From IMG/VR virus record IMGVR_UViG_3300042352_001346, positions 1-64,000 of that record: 64,000 bases of DNA; one strand, 5' to 3'. How positions within the stretch are numbered: position 1 is the first letter of the stretch; every line of letters starts with the position of its first letter. This DNA is from a virus. Shown here piece after piece: positions 1-8,906 of the stretch. The notes below the pieces were generated by a model. It was not told the origin of the DNA and ran no database searches. It was given only the letters and a program-made list of their open reading frames with translations. Both the position numbers and the translations under genes were made by a program.

Positions 1-2865
1 GATGATGTTATTGAAGTTGCTAATTATGCTGCATTACCAAGTATAGGAGAAGTAGGTAAAATATATGTTACTTTAAATGATAATAAAATATATAGATGGT
101 CAGGTAGTACATATGTTAATATAGCTACTTCTCCAGGTACAACAGATGATGTAGTAGAAGGTTCTGTAAATTTATACTATACAGATACTCGTGTAGCTGC
201 TTATTGTAATACTAATCATTATACAAAAACACAAATTAATAATTTTTTTTCTGGAGGAACTACTATAACAGGTTATAATAAATCAAATTGGGACTCAGCA
301 TACGGTTGGGGTAATCATGCTTCTGCTGGTTATGCTTTAGCCGCTTCTTTAGATGATTATGTTACTTTAGGAGGTAATGAAGAAATTTATGGTAATAAGA
401 ATATCACTGGTTTCTTTTCTTTTAAATCTTATAGTGCGATTATAAAAAATTCTGCTGAGTTAGGTAGTGTACAATTATTATACACTGGAGAAGATGATAA
501 TTTTGGAGTAGTAGAATTTCCAGCAGTAACAGACACAGAAACAGAGCAAATAGCTTATAGAAGTTGGATAGAATCACAAGGATATTTAAATTATATTCCA
601 AATTTGTATGCTGTTCTTGGTCAAGATAATCATACTGGAGGTATATCTATACGATTAGATGGTACAGACCAAATTCTAACAGATAACGGTTCTTATTTAA
701 GTAGGGGTAGTTTTGATAATGGTGGTGGTACAGAAGGAATTAGCTTAATGTGTAGTGTAGGATTTGAATTAAATTGGCAAAGTGGTTGGTTAAGTAGTTG
801 GAATGGTAGTACTTATGTACCAATTAAATTTAGTTCCGCTATTGAAGCAAATAATGTTTCAGGTATTATAGTTAATACTCTAGGAAATTACAATGTGGTT
901 TTAAAAGGTGATAATACAGATGCTTTAGGTCAAGATGGAGGAGACTATATACTTAAAACTGATGCAAGATATTACGGTATTATAATTACAGATTCCTGGT
1001 TAAATAGTGGTGATGCTGTAGCTAATTTTAGTCTTTTAACAATAGCTAGTGAAGATGTAGCTACGCAAAATTGGATAACAACAAGTTTAGGCAATCAAAC
1101 ATTAAGTGCAGATTTTAATGACTTATATGTTCAAGGCAATACGGTTGCAACTCAAGATTGGGTAGGTAATAATTATCTAGGAATAATAGCTACGGCTTCT
1201 AACTCAACCAAATGGAATGGTTACGATAACTGTTTAGCTTGTGGTGTTCAAGGTGCTGATGGCAGCATGTTGCCAATAGGTATAAGAGGTGATGGCTTAG
1301 TTTTAAGATATTCTGCCGCAGCTTTTCAATCTATGCTAGGCTTAGGTTCTAATGCTTATACTTCAACAGCTTATTTACCTATTAGTGGAGGAGAATTAAC
1401 TGGTGATTTAATAAGTAAAAGAATAAGGTCTATTACTACTACAGGAGAAGTTGGCGGTAATTTTACAATGTGGAAAGATGCTACACCGACCAAAGCTTTC
1501 GCTATTGGTTTTAACAACGAAGGGAGTGGTGCTACAAATGATTTTAATATCTCAAGATATACAGGCTCTGGATGGTTTAAAACTTTAGTAATAGATAATG
1601 CTACTGGTATAGTAAGTTTTGAAAATGGATTAACTTCTAAAGGTAAATTAGAAATAAACCAAGATGCTTTAAACTCTCTTGACATTAAGACTACGAATCT
1701 AAGTGCTGCGATAAGAATATCGAATAATCATGCTGGTACTCCTAACTATTGGAATTTGGCAGCAGGTATCAGCGGGGGTACAGCAAATGATTTTGGATTA
1801 ACGAGGGGTGCAGGTTATACTCCAGTATTTGTTGTTAATGGTACGACAGGTAATGTTACGTTTAGCGGAAGTATAAACGGTACGTCTGCTACTTTTACAT
1901 CTGGAATAAATGTTAATAACGACGCTTTTTTTAGAGGTAAAACTACGGGTGGCGTAGAGGTGCCCCTTTTAGGAGTGGCGGGTGATGACAATATTTATGT
2001 AGGAGATATTTTCGCGGGCGTACCTAGTGCGAATTTAAGTTTCAGAACGAACGGTGCAACACGACTTACTTTGTCTTCAACGGGCTTAGCCACATTTAGC
2101 GGTGAAATTCAAGGCACTTCTCAAAGACTATCTTCTTTTTTAGAGGTATCGGGCATTATATACCAACGTGACCATATTAATGTCAGGAATAAAGCGAATA
2201 ATGGTTGGCTAACATGGGCTGAAAGAAATACTACTGGTAGTGAAGTAAAGATTGATTTAAGTAATATAAGAAATATTTCAGCAAGTGGAAATATTAATGC
2301 AACTTATTTAGGTGTTGGTACTATAGAAACAAATGCCATAGGCACAGATGCAATCTCTGGAGCAGGTAATTCTTTTGTAAATGTTGTACAAGAAATGTTA
2401 GTAGCTGGCAATGTTCAAGCTACAAGTTATTCTTTAAACACTAATGAGTATATAAATTGGGGAAGTTCTTATGCTGGTTCGAGTGGTTATGGTTTCAGAG
2501 ATAATTATGGAATCATGCAATATAAAAATAGCGGAGGTGTTTGGACTAATTTTGCAGATTATGCTATTTCTGTAAATATAAGTAATTCTGATTATGAAAT
2601 AGTTGGTTCGGAAGAATACGTAGAATTTAGCGGTTTTACAAATAACAGAAATTGTACATTACCTTCTCCAAGTAGTTTTGACGGCAAAAGATTAGTGATT
2701 TCTTTAGTAGGAATTGGAGGTTATCAATTAGATTTTGTAGGAGATTTTATTCCTGTAGATTTATCAACTAATGTAATATCTTCTTTAACTATGGCTAGGA
2801 CTATGATTATATATAGTAACGGAACTTTATGGAGAATAGTAAATGATTATAATGTACCTCTTTAA
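1..2865 (+). CDS. Tail fibre / receptor-binding protein, 5'-truncated
   Basis: Frame 1 is open from base 1 (DDVIEVANYAALPSIGEVGKIYV...YRWSGSTY; TTDDVVEGSVNLYYT; WDSAYGWGNHASAGY), so the TTG at 604 is not the start. G/S/T/N-rich beta repeats, with VATQNW/VATQDW motifs. Confidence 0.85.
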   Translation, partial: DDVIEVANYAALPSIGEVGKIYVTLNDNKIYRWSGSTYVNIATSPGTTDDVVEGSVNLYYTDTRVAAYCNTNHYTKTQINNFFSGGTTITGYNKSNWDSAYGWGNHASAGYALAASLDDYVTLGGNEEIYGNKNITGFFSFKSYSAIIKNSAELGSVQLLYTGEDDNFGVVEFPAVTDTETEQIAYRSWIESQGYLNYIPNLYAVLGQDNHTGGISIRLDGTDQILTDNGSYLSRGSFDNGGGTEGISLMCSVGFELNWQSGWLSSWNGSTYVPIKFSSAIEANNVSGIIVNTLGNYNVVLKGDNTDALGQDGGDYILKTDARYYGIIITDSWLNSGDAVANFSLLTIASEDVATQNWITTSLGNQTLSADFNDLYVQGNTVATQDWVGNNYLGIIATASNSTKWNGYDNCLACGVQGADGSMLPIGIRGDGLVLRYSAAAFQSMLGLGSNAYTSTAYLPISGGELTGDLISKRIRSITTTGEVGGNFTMWKDATPTKAFAIGFNNEGSGATNDFNISRYTGSGWFKTLVIDNATGIVSFENGLTSKGKLEINQDALNSLDIKTTNLSAAIRISNNHAGTPNYWNLAAGISGGTANDFGLTRGAGYTPVFVVNGTTGNVTFSGSINGTSATFTSGINVNNDAFFRGKTTGGVEVPLLGVAGDDNIYVGDIFAGVPSANLSFRTNGATRLTLSSTGLATFSGEIQGTSQRLSSFLEVSGIIYQRDHINVRNKANNGWLTWAERNTTGSEVKIDLSNIRNISASGNINATYLGVGTIETNAIGTDAISGAGNSFVNVVQEMLVAGNVQATSYSLNTNEYINWGSSYAGSSGYGFRDNYGIMQYKNSGGVWTNFADYAISVNISNSDYEIVGSEEYVEFSGFTNNRNCTLPSPSSFDGKRLVISLVGIGGYQLDFVGDFIPVDLSTNVISSLTMARTMIIYSNGTLWRIVNDYNVPL

Positions 2866-2888
2866 TAAATAAAAATTAGAAATAAAAT

Positions 2889-3494
2889 ATGGATTTAAGT
2901 AAAGCACTAGACCATTTTGAAAAAATATTAGAATTATTTAGTATTGGTTATGGAAGTGTTTGGTTTAATAGATATTTAGAAAAAAAATCTATTGAAAGAA
3001 AAAAACCTTCTTTAGAAGATATAGACCATTATGAAAGAATACAAGAAGCATTAGAAACAATTAGAGATACATTAAATCCTAATATAGTAGCTTTTTGGGA
3101 AGGAAGTAACGGAGAAACTACATTATCTGGTTTTCATAAGAAAAAATTATCATTAGTTGCAGAAAGTGTATCTGATGATAAATATTCTGGTATAGGAGAA
3201 CTTGATAATATTCCAGCAATTAATTTTAAAAGAAATATTGATTTACTTCGTACAAGTGACTATGGATATATAGTAAGTTATGAATTTGAAAAATTTGATG
3301 AACTTGCTGCTCTTCATCAATCTTATGAAATAGGTACTTTGGTAGCTTTAAAAATAATTACAGGTAGAGATATAAAAAAATGGACAGGTATTTTAGTTGT
3401 AGGATTTAAAGAAAAACCAAAATTATTAACAGATGCAGACCTTGCTTGGTTAAATATACAAGCTGGAAGAATAGGGAATAAATTAACTATTTAA
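2889..3494 (+). CDS. Putative holin-like protein with GAF-like C-terminal domain (T4 T-like)
   Basis: Weak N-terminal hydrophobic stretch, then FWEGSNG...KKLSLVAESV and a GILVVGF strand plus terminal helix typical of GAF folds; follows the tail fibre. Confidence 0.45.
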   Translation: MDLSKALDHFEKILELFSIGYGSVWFNRYLEKKSIERKKPSLEDIDHYERIQEALETIRDTLNPNIVAFWEGSNGETTLSGFHKKKLSLVAESVSDDKYSGIGELDNIPAINFKRNIDLLRTSDYGYIVSYEFEKFDELAALHQSYEIGTLVALKIITGRDIKKWTGILVVGFKEKPKLLTDADLAWLNIQAGRIGNKLTI

Positions 3495-3560
3495 AATAAT
3501 TAAAAAAAATTTCTAAATTTTTCTTACCTTCACATTTTATTAATAATAAAACTTTATTTT

Positions 3561-3887
3561 ATGTTCGCTATTAAAAATTTTACTAATTCAAGTAAATTAG
3601 GTACTTTACCTCCTTTAAGTTCTGTATTAGGTCTTATAACTTCTTGTTCAATTCAAAAAGTAAAAGGAGGAATTTCTGCTCCATCATCTATTAATTCTGT
3701 TAATAAAGGAGAATATAGTGTTAATTTAAGATTTTCTATTTATATTAGTGATTCTGCATATAAAGAAGGTAAAGAGTCTTTAGATGAATTAAATTTTAAT
3801 ACTTCTTTTGATACATTCCCTACAGAAAATATGTTGGAAGATTTTATTAAAAGTAAAATTCCTAATGAAACTTCTGCTGTAAAATAA
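3561..3887 (+). CDS. Hypothetical protein, possibly tail-fibre associated
   Basis: 108-aa ORF in the co-oriented block downstream of the fibre gene. Confidence 0.5.
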   Translation: MFAIKNFTNSSKLGTLPPLSSVLGLITSCSIQKVKGGISAPSSINSVNKGEYSVNLRFSIYISDSAYKEGKESLDELNFNTSFDTFPTENMLEDFIKSKIPNETSAVK

Positions 3888-3914
3888 TTTAATAACTTTC
3901 TTAAATAAAGAATA

Positions 3915-4364
3915 ATGTCTGTACAAATTTCAAATAGTAATTTATTAAAATTTAATCAAATAATAGGTAATTTATTATCAACAGAAAAATATAAAAAAAC
4001 AAAAGTAGAAGTATTTTTTACTAATTTGCTAAAAAATAGATTAACTCAATTTATTGACCAGTATAATCTAGATTTAGAAGATTTAGAACTTGAAAATGCA
4101 AATACTGATAAAGATGGTAGTGTTTTATTTGTAGATACTAAATTTGGTAGAAAATATCAATTTAATAAAGAAGGTTTAAAAAAGAAAGATAAAGGAGTTA
4201 TAGAACTTCTTAAAAAAACTTTTGAATTTGAGCCAATTCATTGTTCTATAGAAGAAGTAGGTAATTTAATGATTATCGAAGAAGGAGATAATGATGTAGT
4301 TAAAGAAATAAAAGAAATTTATGCTTCATTTATTCTTTATACACCATCTAAGGAAATAGTTTAA
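3915..4364 (+). CDS. Hypothetical acidic helical protein (possible fibre chaperone)
   Basis: 149-aa ORF; function inferred from position and composition only. Confidence 0.5.
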   Translation: MSVQISNSNLLKFNQIIGNLLSTEKYKKTKVEVFFTNLLKNRLTQFIDQYNLDLEDLELENANTDKDGSVLFVDTKFGRKYQFNKEGLKKKDKGVIELLKKTFEFEPIHCSIEEVGNLMIIEEGDNDVVKEIKEIYASFILYTPSKEIV

Positions 4365-4365
4365 A

Positions 4366-5259
4366 ATGTTATTTTCAAATAATGAATTAGAAGATTTTTT
4401 TAAATTAATAGATTCTTATCATTTAATATATATAGGTCAAAATGTTGATTCTAAATTATTTACTAATGATGATAAGAATTTATTAAAATCTTTTGGTATA
4501 GATATAAATCAATTTCCAAAAGAAACTTTAATAAATAGTAATTTTAAATTTGGAGTATTAGCTGAGTATTTAGGTAATAAAGATACAAAAAATATTTCTT
4601 ATATTGATTTTAAAAATTATGTTAAAAAAGGTAAATTTATACCATTAACAAATTTAGAAGAAAAAGTATTAGAAAATATAAAACATCAAGCTTATCATGA
4701 TATTAAAGGTGTAAGTAATAAAATACAAAAAACCTTAATACAAAAAAATATTGAATTATCAACTACTGAAAATGTTAAAAATCGTGAATCAATACGTAAT
4801 TTAGTATTAGATTTAGGACATAAAACAGGAGAATGGAATAGAGATTTTGGACGTATTGCTGATTATGTTATGCATTCTAGCTATGAAAGCGGAAGAGCAG
4901 CAATGATGGAAGAAAGAAATAAAGGTAAAGATGTTAAAGTTTATAAAGATGTTAAAATAGAAGGTGCTTGTAAACATTGTATTAAACTTTATTTAGATTA
5001 CGATTTAAAACCAAAAATATTTTTACTAAGTGAATTACGAGCAAATGGTACAAATATTGGTGTTAAAGCAGACAATTGGAAACCAACATTAGGTAGTTTG
5101 CATCCACATTGTAGATGTACTTTACAATATTATGAAGAAGGTACAACTTGGAATGAAAAAACTAGAATGTTTGAATTTTTAGAAAGTAATTTTGTTAGAA
5201 AAGTAGCTACAAAATCTAAAATAAAAATTACTATTGGTGATAAAGTTTACGAAAGATAA
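4366..5259 (+). CDS. MuF-like (SPP1 gp7) minor head protein
   Basis: CKHC...HPHCRC C-terminal motif; lies upstream of the head genes. Confidence 0.85.
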   Translation: MLFSNNELEDFFKLIDSYHLIYIGQNVDSKLFTNDDKNLLKSFGIDINQFPKETLINSNFKFGVLAEYLGNKDTKNISYIDFKNYVKKGKFIPLTNLEEKVLENIKHQAYHDIKGVSNKIQKTLIQKNIELSTTENVKNRESIRNLVLDLGHKTGEWNRDFGRIADYVMHSSYESGRAAMMEERNKGKDVKVYKDVKIEGACKHCIKLYLDYDLKPKIFLLSELRANGTNIGVKADNWKPTLGSLHPHCRCTLQYYEEGTTWNEKTRMFEFLESNFVRKVATKSKIKITIGDKVYER

Positions 5260-5275
5260 ATTAAATAATATTTTT

Positions 5276-5503
5276 ATGACACAAATAAAATCTGGTACTC
5301 ATTTTGTTGAAGTAGATAATGCTACATATCCATTAAATACTTTAGTAGGTAGATTTGATGGAGATTTTTTAGAAATAGTAATTTGGGGTTCTAATCAAAT
5401 TATATCACAAAGAAAAAAATATACAGAATATTCAGTTGATGGTGTTATACCTGCTAATGCTGCAGCTTTAAAAACATCTTTTACTTCAATAGTTTATATT
5501 TAA
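5276..5503 (+). CDS. Small hypothetical protein
   Basis: In-frame ATG at 5276 preferred over the TTG at 5234, which overlaps MuF. Confidence 0.55.
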   Translation: MTQIKSGTHFVEVDNATYPLNTLVGRFDGDFLEIVIWGSNQIISQRKKYTEYSVDGVIPANAAALKTSFTSIVYI

Positions 5504-5508
5504 TAAAA

Positions 5509-7200
5509 ATGAATAGTATAGTAGATATTTTAATAGCACAAAATAAATTAGATTCTAAATTACAGAATTTAATTGGTGAATATCTTGGTTATAAACGTTC
5601 AGTTAATTTTAATTTAGAAAATTGTCCAGAAAAAAGTACAAATTTAATTAAAGGTAAACTTCAAAACTATGAAGCTATTTTTATAAAAGAAGGTGATACT
5701 TTAAAAAGTGAAATTAATGATTTAGATGTTTTAAAAAATTTTTACCATTCTGCTAATATGAGTAGTAAAAAACATTGTGTTGCTACCATTATTCGTGATA
5801 TAGAAGATTATAATAATATAATGTTATTATTAAGAAGTGGAGAAGATTCTTTTCATCCAAATACATGGTGTTTACCAGGTGGAGGTGTAGATTTTGGAGA
5901 AAATATATTTGAAGCAGCAAGACGTGAAATAAAAGAAGAAACAAATTTAAAAATATTTGATATTCAATTTAAAGAATTAATTTCATTACCGGAAGTTAAT
6001 ATTTATTATTTTGAAGCTTATATTAATAAAAATAGTCAAAATATAGTTCTTGATAATAAAGAACATAAAAATTATATTTTTTCTTCTTTTGAAGAATGGA
6101 AGAATTTGCCATTAATATTAGATTTAAAATCTCATTTATGCCAATTAATGAATATTAATTGGCAACCTACATTAGAAGAATTTCTTGGTGAAAATGGTGA
6201 TATAAAGAAAGGTGGTTATCCAATTGGTACAGTTAGAAATGGTTTTAAAAAAGTAGCTGATACCGGTGGTAAAGGTGATTGGATTGCTGTTAATCATCAA
6301 GAAAAACCTGCAGTAAGAGAAAGTAAGAAAAAAGATGATAGTGAAGATATTTCTGCAGAAGTAAAAGAATATGAAGAAAAATTACCTCCAAAACCAACAT
6401 CAGAACAAACTTGGAAAGCTTATGGTTTATTTTGTAATATGGTTGTAGATGGTACTACTAAAAGTTTAGTAGCCTTTGGAACTGGAGGAGTAGGTAAAAC
6501 ATTTACTTTAGAATCAGTTCTACAGAAAAAAGGAATGGTTGGTTATGATGAAGAACAAGGTCATAATATAAATGAACCACACAACTATGATTATATAAAA
6601 ATAACAGGTTCTGCAAATGGTAGTTCTGTATATCAAGCTTTATTTGAACACAACGGTAAATTAATTATATTTGACGATTGTGATAGTGCTTTAAAAGATG
6701 AAAACGCTGTTAATTTCTTTAAAGGTGCATTAGATAGTTCTGGTGATGGTACTATTAGTTATAAACCATCTTCTCCTTTAAGAACAGATAAATTAGAAGG
6801 TAGTGTAACAACTCCCACTGGATTAAATAATGTTCCAAGTAGATTTAAATTTAAAGGTCAAGTAATATTTATTTCTAACTTAGCACCTGATAAAATTCCT
6901 CAACCATTAATTGATAGTAGATGTTTATCAGTTGATTTATCAATGTCTAAAGATGAAACTATAAAAAGAATACAAAATATTCTACCTAAAATGGATATTA
7001 AAGATGCAAGAGGTAATTCATTAGGAGCAACTTTAGAAGAAAAACAAATGGCACTTGATTTCTTAAATGAACATAGAAATGATATTCGTATAGGTAAACT
7101 TAATGCAAGAACCTTAGGTAATATTATTAAAGTAATTCACTCAAGTAAAGGTGAAGGTGAAGATTGGAAAGATGCTGCTGAAACATTATTATTTAATTAA
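5509..7200 (+). CDS. NUDIX hydrolase - AAA+ ATPase fusion in the head module
   Basis: Nudix box GGGVDFGENIFEAARREIKEETNL; Walker A GTGGVGKT; Walker B LIIFDDCD; sensor-1 VIFISN; SR arginine finger. Confidence 0.88.
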   Translation: MNSIVDILIAQNKLDSKLQNLIGEYLGYKRSVNFNLENCPEKSTNLIKGKLQNYEAIFIKEGDTLKSEINDLDVLKNFYHSANMSSKKHCVATIIRDIEDYNNIMLLLRSGEDSFHPNTWCLPGGGVDFGENIFEAARREIKEETNLKIFDIQFKELISLPEVNIYYFEAYINKNSQNIVLDNKEHKNYIFSSFEEWKNLPLILDLKSHLCQLMNINWQPTLEEFLGENGDIKKGGYPIGTVRNGFKKVADTGGKGDWIAVNHQEKPAVRESKKKDDSEDISAEVKEYEEKLPPKPTSEQTWKAYGLFCNMVVDGTTKSLVAFGTGGVGKTFTLESVLQKKGMVGYDEEQGHNINEPHNYDYIKITGSANGSSVYQALFEHNGKLIIFDDCDSALKDENAVNFFKGALDSSGDGTISYKPSSPLRTDKLEGSVTTPTGLNNVPSRFKFKGQVIFISNLAPDKIPQPLIDSRCLSVDLSMSKDETIKRIQNILPKMDIKDARGNSLGATLEEKQMALDFLNEHRNDIRIGKLNARTLGNIIKVIHSSKGEGEDWKDAAETLLFN

Positions 7201-7214
7201 AATTGTTAGAATAT

Positions 7215-7409
7215 ATGAAAAATTTAGATTTATCTAAATATTCAACAAAAGATTTAGAAAATATGGCACAAGGTATGACTGCTAATGCTATGCGTACAGA
7301 GATATGTACAGAAATTGTTAAAAGACAAAAAAAGGACAAAGATAAGAATAGTGATAGTAATAAAAAATCATCACAATCAAGTAATTCTAATCCATTTTTA
7401 AAAAAATAA
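7215..7409 (+). CDS. Small basic hypothetical protein
   Basis: Fills the gap between the ATPase and protease genes; K/S-rich tail; in-frame ATG at 7215. Confidence 0.5.
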   Translation: MKNLDLSKYSTKDLENMAQGMTANAMRTEICTEIVKRQKKDKDKNSDSNKKSSQSSNSNPFLKK

Positions 7410-7412
7410 CTT

Positions 7413-8165
7413 ATGTCTGATAAATTTAGATTTTTTATACCTGACATTGATATATCTAAAGGAAAAGATAAAGAAGGTAATGAAACAATGATAGTTGAAG
7501 GTGTTGCTTCAACTATGACAGAAGATACTGATGGTGAAATTGTTGACCCTAATGGATTTGATTTAAATTATCTTTTAGACCAAGGTTTTATTAATTGGCA
7601 TCATGCAACTAAAGATAATCCAGGTACTATTATTGGAGAGCCTGTAAAAGCTTGGGTACAAGATTCAAAATTGCATGTAAGAGCAGAATTATATTCTTGG
7701 CAACCAATTGCTAGAGATGTTTATGATATAATTAATCAATTACAAAAGGGGAAAAGTAAAAGAAAACTTGGTTGGTCAATTGAAGGTAAGAAAATGGAAG
7801 TTGACCCTATGAATAAAAAATTTATTCGTAAATCAAGAGTAACAGGTATTGCAATTACACCTATGCCTAAAAATAAAGGTACTTATGTTGATATTTCTAA
7901 GGGTGAAAATTATGATTATGATACATATGATTTAAATGGTGAAAGTATAATTTTAGATATTAAAAAAGGTGAAGATAGTATTATTATAGATAAATTTTTT
8001 AATATTAAAAGATTTATAAAAGGTGTAGAACGTAAACCATTTTTATCTTTAGAAAATGCTGCAAATATTACAATTATTGAAAAAGGTTTTAAATTAGGTT
8101 TTATTCCAAAAGATGAATATTTAAAAGTACTTAAACGTATAAAGGGGCTTTTGGAAAATTCTTAA
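7413..8165 (+). CDS. Prohead protease
   Basis: VEGVAST..EDTDGE, INWHH (catalytic His) and GWSIEG (catalytic Ser) of HK97/T4-type phage proteases. Confidence 0.88.
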   Translation: MSDKFRFFIPDIDISKGKDKEGNETMIVEGVASTMTEDTDGEIVDPNGFDLNYLLDQGFINWHHATKDNPGTIIGEPVKAWVQDSKLHVRAELYSWQPIARDVYDIINQLQKGKSKRKLGWSIEGKKMEVDPMNKKFIRKSRVTGIAITPMPKNKGTYVDISKGENYDYDTYDLNGESIILDIKKGEDSIIIDKFFNIKRFIKGVERKPFLSLENAANITIIEKGFKLGFIPKDEYLKVLKRIKGLLENS

Positions 8166-8181
8166 ATTTTATTTAATTTTG
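8150..8181 (+). promoter_or_regulatory. Bacteroidota sigmaA-type promoter for scaffold/capsid
   Basis: TTTG(8150)-N20-TAATTTTG(8174). Confidence 0.7.
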
Positions 8182-8197
8182 TTAAAGATTATAAATT

Positions 8198-8836
8198 ATG
8201 GATAATAAAATTTTTGTAGAAATAAATCCTGCTACTATTAAAAGAGCATTAGGTAATATGGGAATTACAGATGTTGTAGTTGCTAATAAACCTAATCCAT
8301 TTAATGGTAATATAACAGATGAATTATCTAAAGGAATAGAAGATGATTTAAATGGAAGTAATACTAAAAAAAATGATTTAAATCTACCTACACCAAATGG
8401 TGTAGATATGCTTTTAAAAGGTTTTACTGATTTTCAAACAAATGTTGCTAATCAACTTGCTATTAATAAGAAAGAAACTGATACACTTATTAAAGGATTA
8501 CAAGAAAAAGTTGAATTATTAGGAAAAACAGCTGGACCTAGAAAATCAGTTATGTCTAATGCAATGGAAAAAGGATTTAATGGTGGTGAAGGATTAAGTG
8601 ATAATGAAATTCCTGCAGATGTTAAAGCTGTTTTATCTAAGTCAAAACAAAAAAGAGCAATTATTAAAATATTAGAAGCTAAAGCTAATTTTGGTGAAAA
8701 TGATGAAAATATTGCTAAAGGATTACATAATAAAGAAATATCAAAAGCTTTAGTAAGTTTTGAAACATCTAATATTTTACCTGCAGCTATTTTAAAACAA
8801 TTAAGAGAAGAAGATAAAATTATGATTGTAGAATAA
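8198..8836 (+). CDS. Head scaffolding protein
   Basis: Between protease and capsid genes; coiled coil, GPRKSV motif and many hydrophobic-x-K-[GAS] sites. Confidence 0.7.
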   Translation: MDNKIFVEINPATIKRALGNMGITDVVVANKPNPFNGNITDELSKGIEDDLNGSNTKKNDLNLPTPNGVDMLLKGFTDFQTNVANQLAINKKETDTLIKGLQEKVELLGKTAGPRKSVMSNAMEKGFNGGEGLSDNEIPADVKAVLSKSKQKRAIIKILEAKANFGENDENIAKGLHNKEISKALVSFETSNILPAAILKQLREEDKIMIVE

Positions 8837-8906
8837 CAATTATAATTTCTAAAAATATAAATTGTAGAATTAATAAAGTAGTAAATAAAAATTAATTTTA
8901 ACTAAA

